Assembly: GCA_013239625.1 (NCBI GenBank)
Contig: MU053594.1
Span: forward strand, 336,355-400,354
Source: Lama guanicoe
Lineage: Eukaryota
DNA: 64,000 nucleotides
Direction: 5' to 3'
Shown: positions 11,975 through 24,800 of the stretch, piece after piece
How positions within the stretch are numbered: position 1 is the stretch's first letter
How the letters are laid out: each line of letters begins with the position of its first letter
Translations under genes and position numbers: made by a program
The notes under the pieces: model-generated
Told to the model about the DNA's origin: nothing
Database searches by the model: none
Seen by the model: only the letters and a program-made list of their open reading frames with translations

Positions 11975-12857
11975 TTATTTATATAATTAAGACTATTTTT
12001 TTTAGAGTTTTAGGTTCACAGCAACATTGAGGGGAAAGGTGCAAAGATTACTCATATACAACCTGCCCCCCAACACATGCATAGCCTCCCCATTATCACC
12101 ACTCCCGACCAAAGCGGGACATTTATTACAACTGATAGACCTACACTGATGTGTCATAATTGCCCAAAGTCCATAGCTTACAATGCATTTCAACCTTGAT
12201 GCACATTCTGTGAGTTTGGAGAAATGTGTAATGAATGACATGTATTAATCATTATGGCATCATAGAGTATTGCCCTAAAAATCTCTGAGCTTCACTATCA
12301 CCTACACTCCCCACTGCCCCCAACACCTACCCAGCTCTTTGGCAACCACTGATTTTTTTTTTTTACTGTCTCCATAGTTTTTTTTCCCCCCAGAATGTCA
12401 TATTGTATAGTCAAACTCATACAATAAATAGCCATTTCAGATTGGTTTTTTTTTTTTTTACTTAATGAGCATGCATTGACGCTTCCTCCATGTATTTTCA
12501 CACTTTGAGACCTCATTGCTTTTCATTGCTGAATAATATTCCATTGTCTGGATGTACCACTGTTCATTTATCCATTAACCTACTAAAGAACATTTCAGTT
12601 GTTTCCACATTTTAGCAATTATGAATAAAGCTATTATAAACATCTGTGTTTTAGTATGGATACAAGTTTTCAACTCTTTTGGGCAAATACCAAAGAACAC
12701 AATTTCTAGATCGCATGCTAAGAGTATGTTTAGTTTTCTAAGAAATTGCCAAACTATCTTCCAAAGTGCTATACCATTTTGCATTCCCACCAGGAAGCAA
12801 GACTTCTTGTTGCTTCACATCCTCATTAGCATTTGGTGCTGTTAGTATTCTGGATTT
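11975..12857 (-). mobile_element. Older L1 (L1MA-type) 3' end
   Basis: TTTTAGGTTCACAGCAA...ATCATAATT...CCATTGTCTGGATGTACCAC...AAACTATCTTCCAAAGTG. Confidence 0.75.
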
Positions 12858-15631
12858 TTTTTAAATTATGAAAGCATAGTTGATTTATGATATTATATTA
12901 GCTTCAGGTGATAAAGTGATTCAATATCTGTATAGATTACACTCCATTTAAAGTTGTTATAAAACATTGGCTATATTCCCTGTGCTGTACAATATATCCT
13001 TGTAGCTTATTTATTTTATACATAGTAATTTCTACTTTATAATCCCTCACCCCTATCTTACCCCTCCTCCCACTCCTCCCCCGACTGGTAACCACTAGTT
13101 TGTTCTCTATGTCTATGGGTCTGTTCCTGTTCTATTATATTCATTCTTTTGTTCTATTTTTTAGATTTCACATATAAGTGATAATATACAATATTTATCT
13201 ATCTCTACCTGACTTATTTCACTAGACATAATACCCTCCAAGTCCATCCATGTTGTTGCAAATGGCAGATTTTCACTCTTTTTATGGCTGAGTAATATTC
13301 CATTAATATATATATTTTCCACGTCTTCTTTATCCATTCATCTGTTGATGGACACTAAGGTTGCTTCCATAACTTGGCTATTGTAAATAATGCTGATGTG
13401 GACATTGGGGTGCATTTTTATTTTCAAATTAGTGTTTTTATTTTCTTTAGATATGTACCTAGGAGTGGAATTGCTGGGTCATATGTTAGTCCTATTTTTA
13501 GTTTTTTGAGGAAACTCTATACTGTTTTCCACAGTGGGTGCACCAACGTATACTCCCATCAACAGTGTATGAGGGTTCCCTTTTCTCCACATCCTCACCA
13601 ACATTTGTCATTTGTGGTCTTTTTGATGACTGCCATTCTGACAGGTGTGAGGTGATATTTCATTGTGGTTTTGATTTGCACATTCCTGATAATTAGTGAT
13701 GTTGAGCATTTTTTTCTTGTGCCTGTTAGCCATCAGTATGTCTTCTTTGGAAAAATACCTATTCAGGTCTTCTGCCTATTTTCTGATCAGGTTCTTGTTT
13801 TTTTGACATTGAGTTGTATAAGTTGTTTATATATTTGGGATATTAACCCCTTATTGGACATATCATATTGAAAATATTTTCTCCCATTCAGTAGGTTGTT
13901 TTTTCACTTTGTTCACGGTATCATTTGCTGTACAAAAAACTTCTAAGTTTAATTAAGTCCCACTTGCTTATTTTTGCTTTTGTTTCCTTTGCCTGAGGAG
14001 ATAGATCCAAAAAATATTACTCTTATGACAAAAAATATTCTGCGTATGTTTTCTTATAGGAGTTTTATGATTTCCAGCCTTACATTTAGGTCTTTAATAC
14101 ATTTTGAGTCTATTTTTGTATATGGTCAAGAAAGTGTTCTAATTTCATTCTTTTACATGTAGCTGTTCAATTTTCCCAGCACCACTTGTTGAAGAGACTG
14201 TCTTCCCCATTGTACATTTTGTTGTAGATTAATTGACCACGTATGTGGGTCTATTTCTGGGATCTCTATACAGTTCCATTGACCTATGTATCTGTTTTGT
14301 GCCAGTTCCATGCTGTTTTGATCACTGCAGCTTTATAGTATAGTCTGAAGTCAGGGAGCATAATACCCTCGGCTTTGTTCTCCCCTCCCCCAATATTCCT
14401 TTGACTATTCAGGGTCTTTTGTAGTTCCATATAAATTTTAGGGTTATTTGTTCTAGTTTTGTGGAAAATGTCATGGGTATTTTGATACAGACTGCATTCT
14501 ATCTATAGATTGCATTGGGTAAGTATGGACATTTTAGCAATACTAAGTTTTCCAATTCATGGACACAAGATATCTTTTTATTTCTTTGTATCATCTTCAA
14601 TTTCCTTCATCAATGTTTTATAGTTTTTCAGAGTATAGGTCTTTAACCTGTCCAGTTAAGTTTATTCCTATGTATTTTGTATTTTTTGATGTGATTTTAA
14701 ATAGGATTGTTTTCTTGCTTTCTTTTTGTAACAGTTGATTATTAATATGTAGAAAAGCAATAGATTTCTGTATATTAATCTTGTATCCTTCAACCTTGTT
14801 GAATTCATTTATTGGTTCTAACAGTTTTTCAATGGACACTTCAGGGTTTTCTATATATAGTATCATGTCATCTTCAAATAGTGACAGTTTTACTTCTTCC
14901 CTTCCAATTTGGGTGTCTTTTATTTCTCTTCCTTGTTGGATTGCTGTGGCTACGAGTTCCAGTATTATATTAAGTAGAAGTGTTGAGAGTGGTCATCCTT
15001 GTCTTGTTCCTGATTTTAGAGAAAAAATTTTCAGCTTTTAACCATTGAGTATGACAGTAGCTGTGGGTTTGTCATAGATGGCCTCTATTATGTTGACATA
15101 TGTTCCCTCTATACCCGCTTTGATGAGAGCTTTTATCATGAATGGATGTTGAATATTGTCAAATGCTTTTTCTGCTTCTATTGAGATCATTATGTGATTT
15201 TAATCCTTTGTTTTGTTAACGCAGTGTATCACATTGATTGATTTGCAGATACTGAAACATCCTTGCATTCCTAGAATAAATACTTGATCATAGTGTATGT
15301 TGAATTCAGTCTGCTAATATTTTGTTAGGATTTTTGCATCTATATTCATCAGAGACACTGGCCTCCAATTTTCTTTCTTTTTTGGGGTAGTGTCTTTGGT
15401 TTTGGTATCAGGGTGTAATGATGACCTTACAGAATGCATCTGGGATGTTCCCTTCAGTTTTTTGGAGTAATTTGAGAAGGATAGGTACTAGCTCTTCTTT
15501 ATATGTTTGGTAGAATTCCCCTATGAGGCCATCCAGTCCTAGACTTTTGTTTGCTGAGTTTTTTGATTACTGATTCAATTTCACTATTCGTTATCAGTCT
15601 GTTCAGATTATCTATTTCGTCCCGATTCAGT
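12858..15631 (-). mobile_element. Younger L1, 3' UTR plus decayed ORF2 (RT/C-terminal region)
   Basis: Minus-strand ORF fragment MILYIENP...[25 protein letters not shown] is L1 ORF2 RT; continuous L1 3' UTR motifs. Confidence 0.9.
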
Positions 15632-16399
15632 TGATTATATTTATGTGAGTCTGTTTCTGCACTCTCATTTTATTCCATTGATCTGTCTAGTTGTTTGCCA
15701 ATACTACACTGTCTTTTTCATTGAGAAAGGATCACTTTTCCTGGTTCTTCATATATCAAGTAAATTTTTTTTATTGTATCCTTCACATTATGTTATTTTG
15801 TTGAGACTCTGGATTCTGTTGTACCTAAAGAGAAAAGAAGATATATGTTTGTGTGTATGTATGTGTGTTATTTTTGTTTTAGCACTCAATTAATTTGGTA
15901 TACTCAAACTGCAAACTGTTTCTTCTACGGTGGACAACAGCTCAAAGCTCAGCTGATTCTTTTGTCCTTTTTGAGGTGCTTTGCATGTATGGTAGAAGGT
16001 CAGCCAGAGGGTTGGGCAGCATCTACACAATAACCCAGGGATCCTCTTCTTTATTTCTCTCCCTTTCACAGTTCCCTTTCTCACTTTTGGGTGGCTATCT
16101 GTAAATATCCCAAGCTCTAGCTTATGGCTCATCAGTCCAGAAACCTGGCTGTTTTCTATCAGTGCTTCAACCACACTGTGTCATGCTGCAACTAAGGCCT
16201 GTTGTCTGAATAAAGCTGCAAAAATGGGGCACACACACTTTTGCCAGACCTTTCGTTCACGTTTTGATTCCCTTTTAAAACCTCTGTTCTATCTTCAGAC
16301 CCTTCAAGTAGTTGTTTTTATTTTGTCCAGAGTTTATAATTATCTGTTGGAGAATAGTTTTAAGATTTTACTCCTCCACATCAAAAGCAATACATCAAA

Positions 16400-16535
16400 G
16401 GGGGGTAGGTTATAGCTCAGTGGTAAAGTACATGCTTAGTATGCACAAGATCCTGGGTTCTATTCCCAGTACCTCCATTAAAAAAAAATTAAAAACACTT
16501 AATTACTTCCTTCCTTCCCACCCCCTCCAAAAAAA
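16400..16535 (+). mobile_element. tRNA-derived SINE (camelid type)
   Basis: A box TATAGCTCAGTGGTA, B box GGGTTCTATTCCC, then A-rich linker and TAATTAC-CT-rich/A tail. Confidence 0.85.
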
Positions 16536-18757
16536 GCAAAAGCAGTACTCTTGATTGATTCACTTTTATCTTGATTTTAAAAGGCAACACCACATCAGTA
16601 ATACAAAAGGAAAATGAGTATCACTTGCTATGGACTGAACATAATTACAAAAATAGTAACTTAATTATTATTAATTTTTCAAAACTGAGAGTAAAAATAG
16701 ATAACTATAAGTAACAATAAATAGATTTTTAAATATAAATTCTTTTGTGAGAAAAATGAAACTTTTTAATCTGTCATTCGTAAAAGAGAAAATCACCTCT
16801 AGTAGCTTAGTTTAAGACAAAGATGAGATCTTACATCATTGAATGGTTCGGATTTTTGATTTTTATAATGACCAACACAGAGATTCCCAACTAACATGTG
16901 GACATGGATGGAAAAAGCAAAAGATGTATCATAGCTTTTCTAGTATGGCTAAAGACTGAGAATGAATTCCTAGCCAAGAAAGGAAATAAAAATGTCACTT
17001 TGGTTAAACAAACTTTTGCTTCAAGAAATCTCTCTCAAGCGACCTCCAGAATCTGCTCTGAGTGTGTGGGCTTATTTGGTAATGTCCACAGACTGACGGA
17101 GTAAGGGCTCTTTAACTACCCTATCCGGTTAGAGCAATGCATATTTAGCATTCGTAAAAATCAAAATGTATTTTAAGTGTCACTTCCTAAGGCTCACAGT
17201 ATTTTCGTGCAGTTCAGATGAGCTAATAACCAGATCACTCAGATGCAGTGATGCCCGCAACCCATTCTCTCTGTCTTGACGATGATAAGATAGTTACTGG
17301 GACCGCTGCTCATCTTTTCACAAAGCTGATGGGACAAAAGCTGAGACTCCTCTACTTCAAATAACATGACTGACAATTTTAAGCTGAAATCCTTTCCTAA
17401 AGCTTTTTACTTCTTGGTACCATAGCTCCTTGATTTGCACAGACCAGCACTCAAATTTGCTGGCCCCAGGAACGCAATACTTACCTGCCCTCCATAGACT
17501 AACTACACCCGCTCTGCTGGGCTGCAGCCCCTCACAAAAACGGCTGAAGATTCCAGACAGTGGATCCAGCACCCTGTTCCGTGGGTTTTAAGTTGCTTGC
17601 TGTGGATTACTCTGGTGAAGTGTAAGAGACAAGAAATACAACAAACAATTGCTTCAGAACTTCAGAGTTCTTACCTTTGCCTCCACAGGGCTGAAATTCT
17701 AAACTCTCCTCTCCAATGGGGACAGAAAGGCCCATTCAACATCTGTCCCTAGGTTTTAACCCTCTGGCAGTGACCAATTATTTTCCAGTCTTCTAACTCC
17801 ACATTGTCTCCATCTCTTCGGGGATGGCCTTGAGGCACCTAGGCCTTAAACACCAGTAAAAGTTGGCTTACAAAAGTGAAAAAACTACAGTCCCTGAAGG
17901 GCATAGGACTCAAGTCAAGGGAATTCAGTCACTCCAGGGTACCCTCTATTCCCTCTGGCTTCTTTAGAACAAAACCCATTTTTTGTGAATGATGCATGCT
18001 GATCAGACTTGGCTGAGTATTTGCATTTTAGCTACATCTGAAAGACTCTGGGAAATATGATGTAATATTCTCTAGGACCACGGCTTAAGTCCATAAGTAG
18101 GGCGACCATGTAATTTATCATCCAAACCTGGAAGTTTGAGAAAGGTGGAGCTCATCATGCTGGGAAAGCAGGGGTAAACTGGAATTGTACTGCGCAAACT
18201 GGGACCTGCGGTTACCTCAACCATAACTGATCTTTTGAGTGCCAAGACTCTCACTGTCTTCCTCTCGGCCTTCCCTGTCTTTCTCAAGCGGCACCTCCTC
18301 AGACAAGTCTTTAGAGTCTGTTTCTTCTCTAATTATTCATCTTTCCCAACTGGGGTTTCTCTAACCCAGAATCTTCTCATCTTTTGCCTCAGGCTATAGA
18401 AAAAGAACCAGACTTCTTAGGTTAGAATCCTGGCTGTACCTTTATTAGTAGAAAGACTTTGGGCAAATGAAACTTTCTGTGATGGTTCCCTCATTTGTAA
18501 AGCAGGTATTAATAATAATAGCACTTACTTCTTAGGATAAAATGAGTTCATGTGTGCAAAGCACTTGACATACCACCTAGCCTGTAAGTGCTCAGTAAAG
18601 TTAGCTATCAATTCCTCTAGAAAATTTTTTTTCTTCTAGAGCAAAGTATTAGATTGATTAAAAAATTGGCATTTCTAACAGCAAAACTGTATTAATTACT
18701 TTTGGCTTCATCTATTCTTTCAAATTCTGATATTTTAAGGACTTTTTACTTCAGTGG

Positions 18758-19360
18758 TGTCTGAGTGAAAGAATTAAGTCACCTGGAGTCCCAATTTATG
18801 TCCCGGTACTTGCTTCATTATACAAGTTTCTATGTGCTTTTTCTGGATGGCTTTCTGGTTTTTATCCTAAATCATGTTTTTGGTTTCTGGAGCGAGGCCC
18901 CACCTCTAACACGTGTGGACAAAGAACGTCCCACCTGCCATTTCAGTGAGCACAGGATTTTGCAGCCATAAAGCCATAAGCTACTGCAGCCCCTGTCGGT
19001 GTGCCCTGAGGGGAATTCAGGATGGAGAAAAACGGGATACTGGCCCTCGATAGTCAAGACGCATATCAAAGGAATAATTTCAATAAACCTAGACTCTTGC
19101 ATCATTCCCTACATAGAAAAGTACTAAAATCTTTGAGACATCTGGTTTTTGTGATTAGCAGTAATCTTTTGATGTTCAACTACTGCTTTGTTTTGTTTTG
19201 TTTTGCAAAAACTCCTATACATCCTGGCGTCTCCCTTACCTCTTTGGAACGGTTCCACAAAACTATCTGAGAGGCTGTTCCCTGGGCTATAGTTCTCAGT
19301 AAGGCCACCTAATAAAATAATTCTCAACTTTCAGGCTGCTTTGCTTTTTTTCAGTTGACA
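18758..19360 (+). mobile_element. ERV solo LTR (possibly a Laurasiatherian MER41-like family)
   Basis: ~600 bp bounded by TG...CA, with AATAAA near 19311 and a U5-like TTTTTCAGTTGACA end; family assignment from memory; TSD not clear. Confidence 0.65.
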
Positions 19361-19689
19361 CAGAAGTCTCTCTCCAAAGCTTAGAGGCTAAAATGAAAAT
19401 ATGTTACAACACAGACTTGCTAACTCCTTCACCCTCATTTAAATTTGGATTTTTGACACACTCTGCAAAAGATTGGTTGGTACTATTTTTGTTTTTTATT
19501 GAAGATAGTCAAATTATAATTTCTACTTATTAGAACAGAATGTTAAATCTTTGCCTTATACATCGGCCAGCATAAAAGAGTTAAATTTTCTGTAAACTAC
19601 AGACTTGTTTTCTCAGAGTTTTTTGAGGGCACAGAAATACTATTAGAGAATGAGGATGGTATGTTTTTGATTTTTATAGAGTAGTGTTC

Positions 19690-21560
19690 TGATCTTTTGG
19701 TTTCGTTAAGTAGTTATAAAAACATACATAAAATGACATAATGAAGTCATCTACCTACCACCTGACTTATGAAAACAGAACATTATCAGTATCAGTGCAG
19801 TGCCCTATATGTCTCTTCCCATCCCATCCCTTCCCTCAGAGCTTCTACTCTGTATTTTAGGTTTATAATTTTATTTGTAGTTTAATCATGTTTATCTCCC
19901 TAGTCAGTAAATGGTTTAGCACAGTTTCTGTAATTTACATAAATGGAGTCATATCGTATGTCATCTTCTGTGATTTGCTTTCGTCCCACAGGACTATGTT
20001 CCTGAGATTGAGTCATGATATTGCATGGCTGTAACTCATTCAGTTTCACTGCTGTATAATATTCCACTGAATACCTATACAAGATTGGATCATTTTTACT
20101 ATTGATACATTTAGGTTGTTTCCTTTTTGTCTGTTGTTAAAAGTGTTATGAATATTTTTGTACGTATATCTTGGTTAAAATGTTTAAAAATTTATCTAGG
20201 ATACTTAGGAGAGGAATTGTTGGCTGTGAGGCATGTATAACTTCAAATTTTAGTAGATGCTGTCAAATTGTTTTCCAAAGTGGTTGGGCTAATTTACACA
20301 CCCAAAAGTGTAAAAGTGTTCTCCCATTGCTCCAAATTCTCACCAACACTTCTTACTGTGGCATTTAAAAATTTTTTTTGTCAGTTGTATGCATGAAATG
20401 GTATAGTTATGGTTTTAATTCATGTGTTCCCGGTTACCGGTGAGTTTAGCACCTTTTTGTATTTTTGCATTTCCTTTTCTGTGAAATGCCTGCTTAAGCC
20501 TTTGGCACTTTTTTCTGTTGCATCGTCTTTTTAATTTTTAAGAATTTTTCACTTGATTTATCTTTATTTTTAATGTAAGTATAGTTGATTTACAGTATTA
20601 TATTAGCTTCAGGTGTATAATAGTGATTCAATATTTTTACAGATTATTCTTATTTAAAATTATTACAAAATAATGGCTATATTTCTCTGGTCTATACAAT
20701 ATATCCTTGTTGCTTATTTATTTTATACATAATAGTTTGTGTCTCTTAATCCCCTACCCCTATTTTGCCTCTCCCCACTCCCCTCTCCACACTGGTAACC
20801 ACTAGTTTGTTCTCTATATCTGAATCTGTCTGTTATATTCATTCATTTGTTTTATTTATTAGATTCCACATATAAGTGATAATGCAGAGTATCTGTCTTT
20901 CTCTGTCTGACTTATTTCATTTTTCACTTACTAGATCTGTGATTCTCTGGAGGGAATATGCCCCTAAGGAAACATTTGGCCATGTCTGGGTACATTTTTG
21001 ATGGTCATACAACTTCGTAGGGGAGCGCTGCTGGCATCTAATAGGTTGAGGCCAGAGATAATGCTAAAACATCCTTCAAGGCACAGTTTTCACAACATAG
21101 AATTAATTATCGGGCCCAGTATGTGCCAAGATTTGGAAACTTTATTCTAGATACCAATAGGTTACCAGTTATATGTGTTGCAAATATTTTCTCCCAGTTT
21201 GTGGATATTTTCACTGTTCCTGTGGTAACTTTGAATGAAGAGAAATTCTTAATTTTAACATAATTAAAGTTATAAATCTCTTCTTTTATGGATTGTGCTT
21301 TTGTGTCTGATTTAAGAAAGTTCCCCTATGCCCTAGAGACAGACATTCCCCACAGAAGTGTTTCAAAAGTTTTAAATATTGCTTTTTAAAATTTAAGCAT
21401 TTAATTACATTTGTTTATAATGTAAGAGACAAAAACTAATTTTTTCATATGGTTTACTGTCTGAGGACCATTTATTAAAAGTCCATCCTATCCCCAGTGG
21501 GTTACAATGCTGTCAAAAATCAAGTTTGCAGAAACGGGCTTATTTCTAATTGTCTATTGT
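19690..21560 (-). mobile_element. Old L1 (L1ME/MC-like) containing a younger L1 3' end (20555-20918) and a MER20 (~20940-21140)
   Basis: L1 3' motifs; younger insert flanked by 11-bp TSD ATTTTTCACTT (20544-20554 and 20919-20929); MER20 motifs GGAAACATTTGGC..., GCTGCTGGCATCTA...GAGGCCAGAGAT. Confidence 0.7.
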
Positions 21561-23999
21561 CACCTTTCTATCTGGAGGCTAAAGTTATTTTCACTTTCTT
21601 ATGCAAGGAAAAGTAAATCCCAAGAGTTTAAGGAATCCTGAACTCATGAAAACAGGTTTTAGAAGCTTTTTTTGTGTATGTTTCTCTATATTTTTCTACA
21701 GAAACAAAAAGAAGGGAAACTGAGGTTGTTATTTTTGAATACCAAGGCCAAACACTTCCAAAATTAAAATGAACTCATTCACTTTACTGAAAGTTGTTTC
21801 AATTCTCCACAAACTACATTTGCTTACAGTACACAGTCCGGAAAGGTTGGAAACCCATTAATTTTCAACTAGCAGAAAGAGAGCGTTTTCTGAAACATTT
21901 TTTTAACACCTGTATTTAACCTTATACATCATCTCATTCTTTAATCTAGGGGTTGTAGCAGAAATATCCATATTCTTTCCTCCATAGTTAAAAAAAAAAA
22001 AAGGCCATTTTCCTAACTGCTGAGACATTGGCCCCTGAGGACATTCCTGACGAGATAATTCCTGGAAAGGAATCCATGGCTCAAAGAACAGTCACACCTG
22101 TCAGTCAGCCTCAGCCACCAGCTTTCAAATCCGGCTGCTCCAAAGCCAGTGGAAAAAACTATTTACAGAGTGAAGCAGAGAAGAAATATATTTCTTCCTT
22201 TTCCTAACATTTCCCCTTCATTCTCATTTAGCCCACACAAGCTCTACACCAGTATTCAAGACACTGAAGTGGGGTCATTTATTATAACAAACTACACTTT
22301 GGTTTTGAGGCAAAACAAAAGCAGAAATATTAATTTATTGAGTCAGAAAATAGCTTAGCACTAGGACAAAAAGTTTCCAGGAAAGGAAATTTTTTTCTTC
22401 AATTTTTCCCTTGGGAAATACTCTGGAAACTATTCCCTTTTCAAATAAGTCAAATTATTTGTTACTGCTTATTATTAATATTATCTATTTTTTCCTGAAT
22501 ATCTTTGGAATGATTATCGACTAATAAATGCAATTACTGTGGAACCTTTAAGTATGAGTTTAAGGAGGAATGAGAAGGGGTTTTCTTTAGTGACAACACA
22601 TGTTCCATGATACCCAATCTTGATATCTGATCACTATGAAGGTTGCCAACTGATGGCCAAGCCCTAATGTAAAGTGTTCATTAATTACTTTGGTTGGACA
22701 GGGTGTCTCTAGCTGATTGCCACATCCAGGACCCGATGATAGTTAAACCCAAAGAGGCTAAGAGGATTTATCAGATCTACAGCTCTCAGATTAGATCAAA
22801 TTTATTAGCTCTGGAGCTCTGTTTAGAACCATATAGCAGAAAAGATGATTAATCAAAACTCAAGGGTCTAGATGTACCAAATGGCTGTACACACCTTCTT
22901 CAGATATATGGGTACAGAAGGTCTCTGTGGTCTTTCAAGGAAATTTTCATGAATAGACTTATAGGTTTCCACCCCATTTACACATATTAAATAAGCAATT
23001 TCCTAAAACGAATGTGCAAAGACAAACAAGAGTTCCTCTGGATACATGGTAAAGACACACAGAAATAGAGCTCCCTAGCAATGTAGAAATATGCAATGCT
23101 GCAAATAAACTGAAATGAGAAGTCAACTTGTTTTGCAATGACCCTCAGGTTAAGGTCATGAACACAAGTTTTTACTACTCAGGAGAAAAAAAAAGAAAAG
23201 AGGAAAGCCACAAGCACAAAAAGTCCTACGACCATCAAACACACAGCCTGTTCAATGTGGAAGATTATGATCATGCTGCCAGTTTACCTGCCAGGGAAAG
23301 GGGACGAAGAAGCAGCAGTCATGGTCCAGGCTCCTGAGAGTAATCAGGTCTCCCATGGGGGCTGCAGCTGATCTGTACCTGTTTCCTTATGCTTCAAGCT
23401 GTGCTCACTTGCAGACCAGAAAGACCTGTAGCTGAAACATTACAATCACATGGACAACAATGCCAGGGGCACAGGAAAGGCCACCATTCATAGAAAACTC
23501 ACACTGAAGGCGCTGCCCAAGGGATAGACAAGGGTACTGGTATAAGCCATACCCCTAATAGAGGCCCTTGCACACCCAGCTCCACACGGATTTGGAACAG
23601 TCAAAAGCGTGCTAAGTGGACTGTGGTTGTGATACCCGTCAATCTATTTAGTAGTTACAATTTCCACCAAATTGTTGAAAATACAACTCAGCTGAGGGCA
23701 CCTTAGCTCTTCAAGTGCCATTATAAGCATCTGGCTCAAACTTAGCAAAATACTACAGTTTTAGTCTGAACTCCAGAAAATCTAAAATGGGACACTTGGC
23801 AATTCTGGCTCCCCATGCCCAGGTCCGTGTTAGGTCCCCACCCTGGGCATCAGTGAATAGAGGTTCTGGTCCGTTCGGTTAGCTTTGGACTGACAACTCC
23901 ATTCAGCCTCTGATTTCCTCTTCTTAAGGATGATGCATAAATCATCCTTAAGAAAAGGACCTGGAAATGGCTCCACTGCTGGGTGAGAAACCCTCTATT

Positions 24000-24800
24000 T
24001 CGCGGTCCCCAGACGGGCTCCCCAAATGGGGAGCAACTTTAACTCATCTGTGAGGAGGCTTGAGCCGGCGGTGAGTCCTGGAACTGAGCGCCGACGGCGG
24101 AGGACGAGAGTTGAGAAGGAGAGTCCGCGCTCCGCAAGGCCATTTCCTGGGCGCAAACCGCCCGGAACACAACCGCCGTCGCCGACGCTGACCGTTAGGC
24201 GCGGGCGGGGCCGGGGTCACGTACGCGGAGCACGCAGAGCGCGGCTGGGCCCTCGGCCGCGCGCCTGGCGTGCGCGCGCAGGCCGGGGGCGGAGCCTGTG
24301 GGCTGAGCCTCCGGCGCGCGGCGGGGTGGGGGCGGGGCCGGAGCCGGGTGGAGGGCGAGGGCGAGGGCGAGGGCGGGGGCGGAGCCTCCTCCTCCACCTC
24401 CTCCTCCTCCTCCTCCTGCTCCTCCGGCGAGGCTGGGCTGGCGGCGGAGGCGGCGGCGGCGGCAGGAGGCGGGTGACCCGCGGAGGGGCGCCTCGGCCAT
24501 GACTGCGGAGCTGCAGCAGGACGACGCGGCCGGAGCGGCAGACCGCCACGGCTCGGTGGGCCCCGCGGCGGCGGCGGGCGGGAGCAGGGGCGCGGGGGAG
24601 GGAGTGCGGGGCCCCGGCGGGAGCGGCGCGGGGCGCAGGCCGGCGAGCGGGAGGGGGCTGCGGGGGGCTCCCGGGCCCGGCGGGGGCGAGGGCGAGGGCG
24701 GTGCGCCGGCCGGGGTGAGGACGGGGGCTCGGGGGGGAGGCTGAGGGCTGCGAGGCTCGGGTCGCACAGATTGAGGACTCTCTTCGGGCCGGGGGCGGGC
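24000..24800 (+). promoter_or_regulatory. USP28: USP28 CpG-island promoter / 5' UTR
   Basis: Very high GC and CpG density, multiple GGGCGG GC boxes, NRF1-like palindrome TGCGCGCGCA (24271-24280), surrounds the start codon. Confidence 0.9.
24499..24555 (+). CDS. USP28: USP28 exon 1 (MTAELQQDDAAGAADRHGS)
   Basis: GCCATGA context; matches USP28 N-terminus; donor TCG|GTGGGC; 57 nt, phase 0. Confidence 0.95.

Noticed and set aside
14618..14866. Reverse-transcriptase-like ORF
   Set aside because: Decayed L1 ORF2 fragment, not a retron, DGR or functional RT
17477..17487. ATACTTACCTG identical to the U1 snRNA 5' end
   Set aside because: Similarity stops after 11 nt, so it is not a U1 gene or pseudogene; better read as a minus-strand splice donor
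17357..17572. Minus ORF containing WYQEV, a pentapeptide I recall from HTR3B
   Set aside because: Flanking residues do not match, it lies upstream of exon 1, and the motif falls on the intron side of the 17485 donor; chance match
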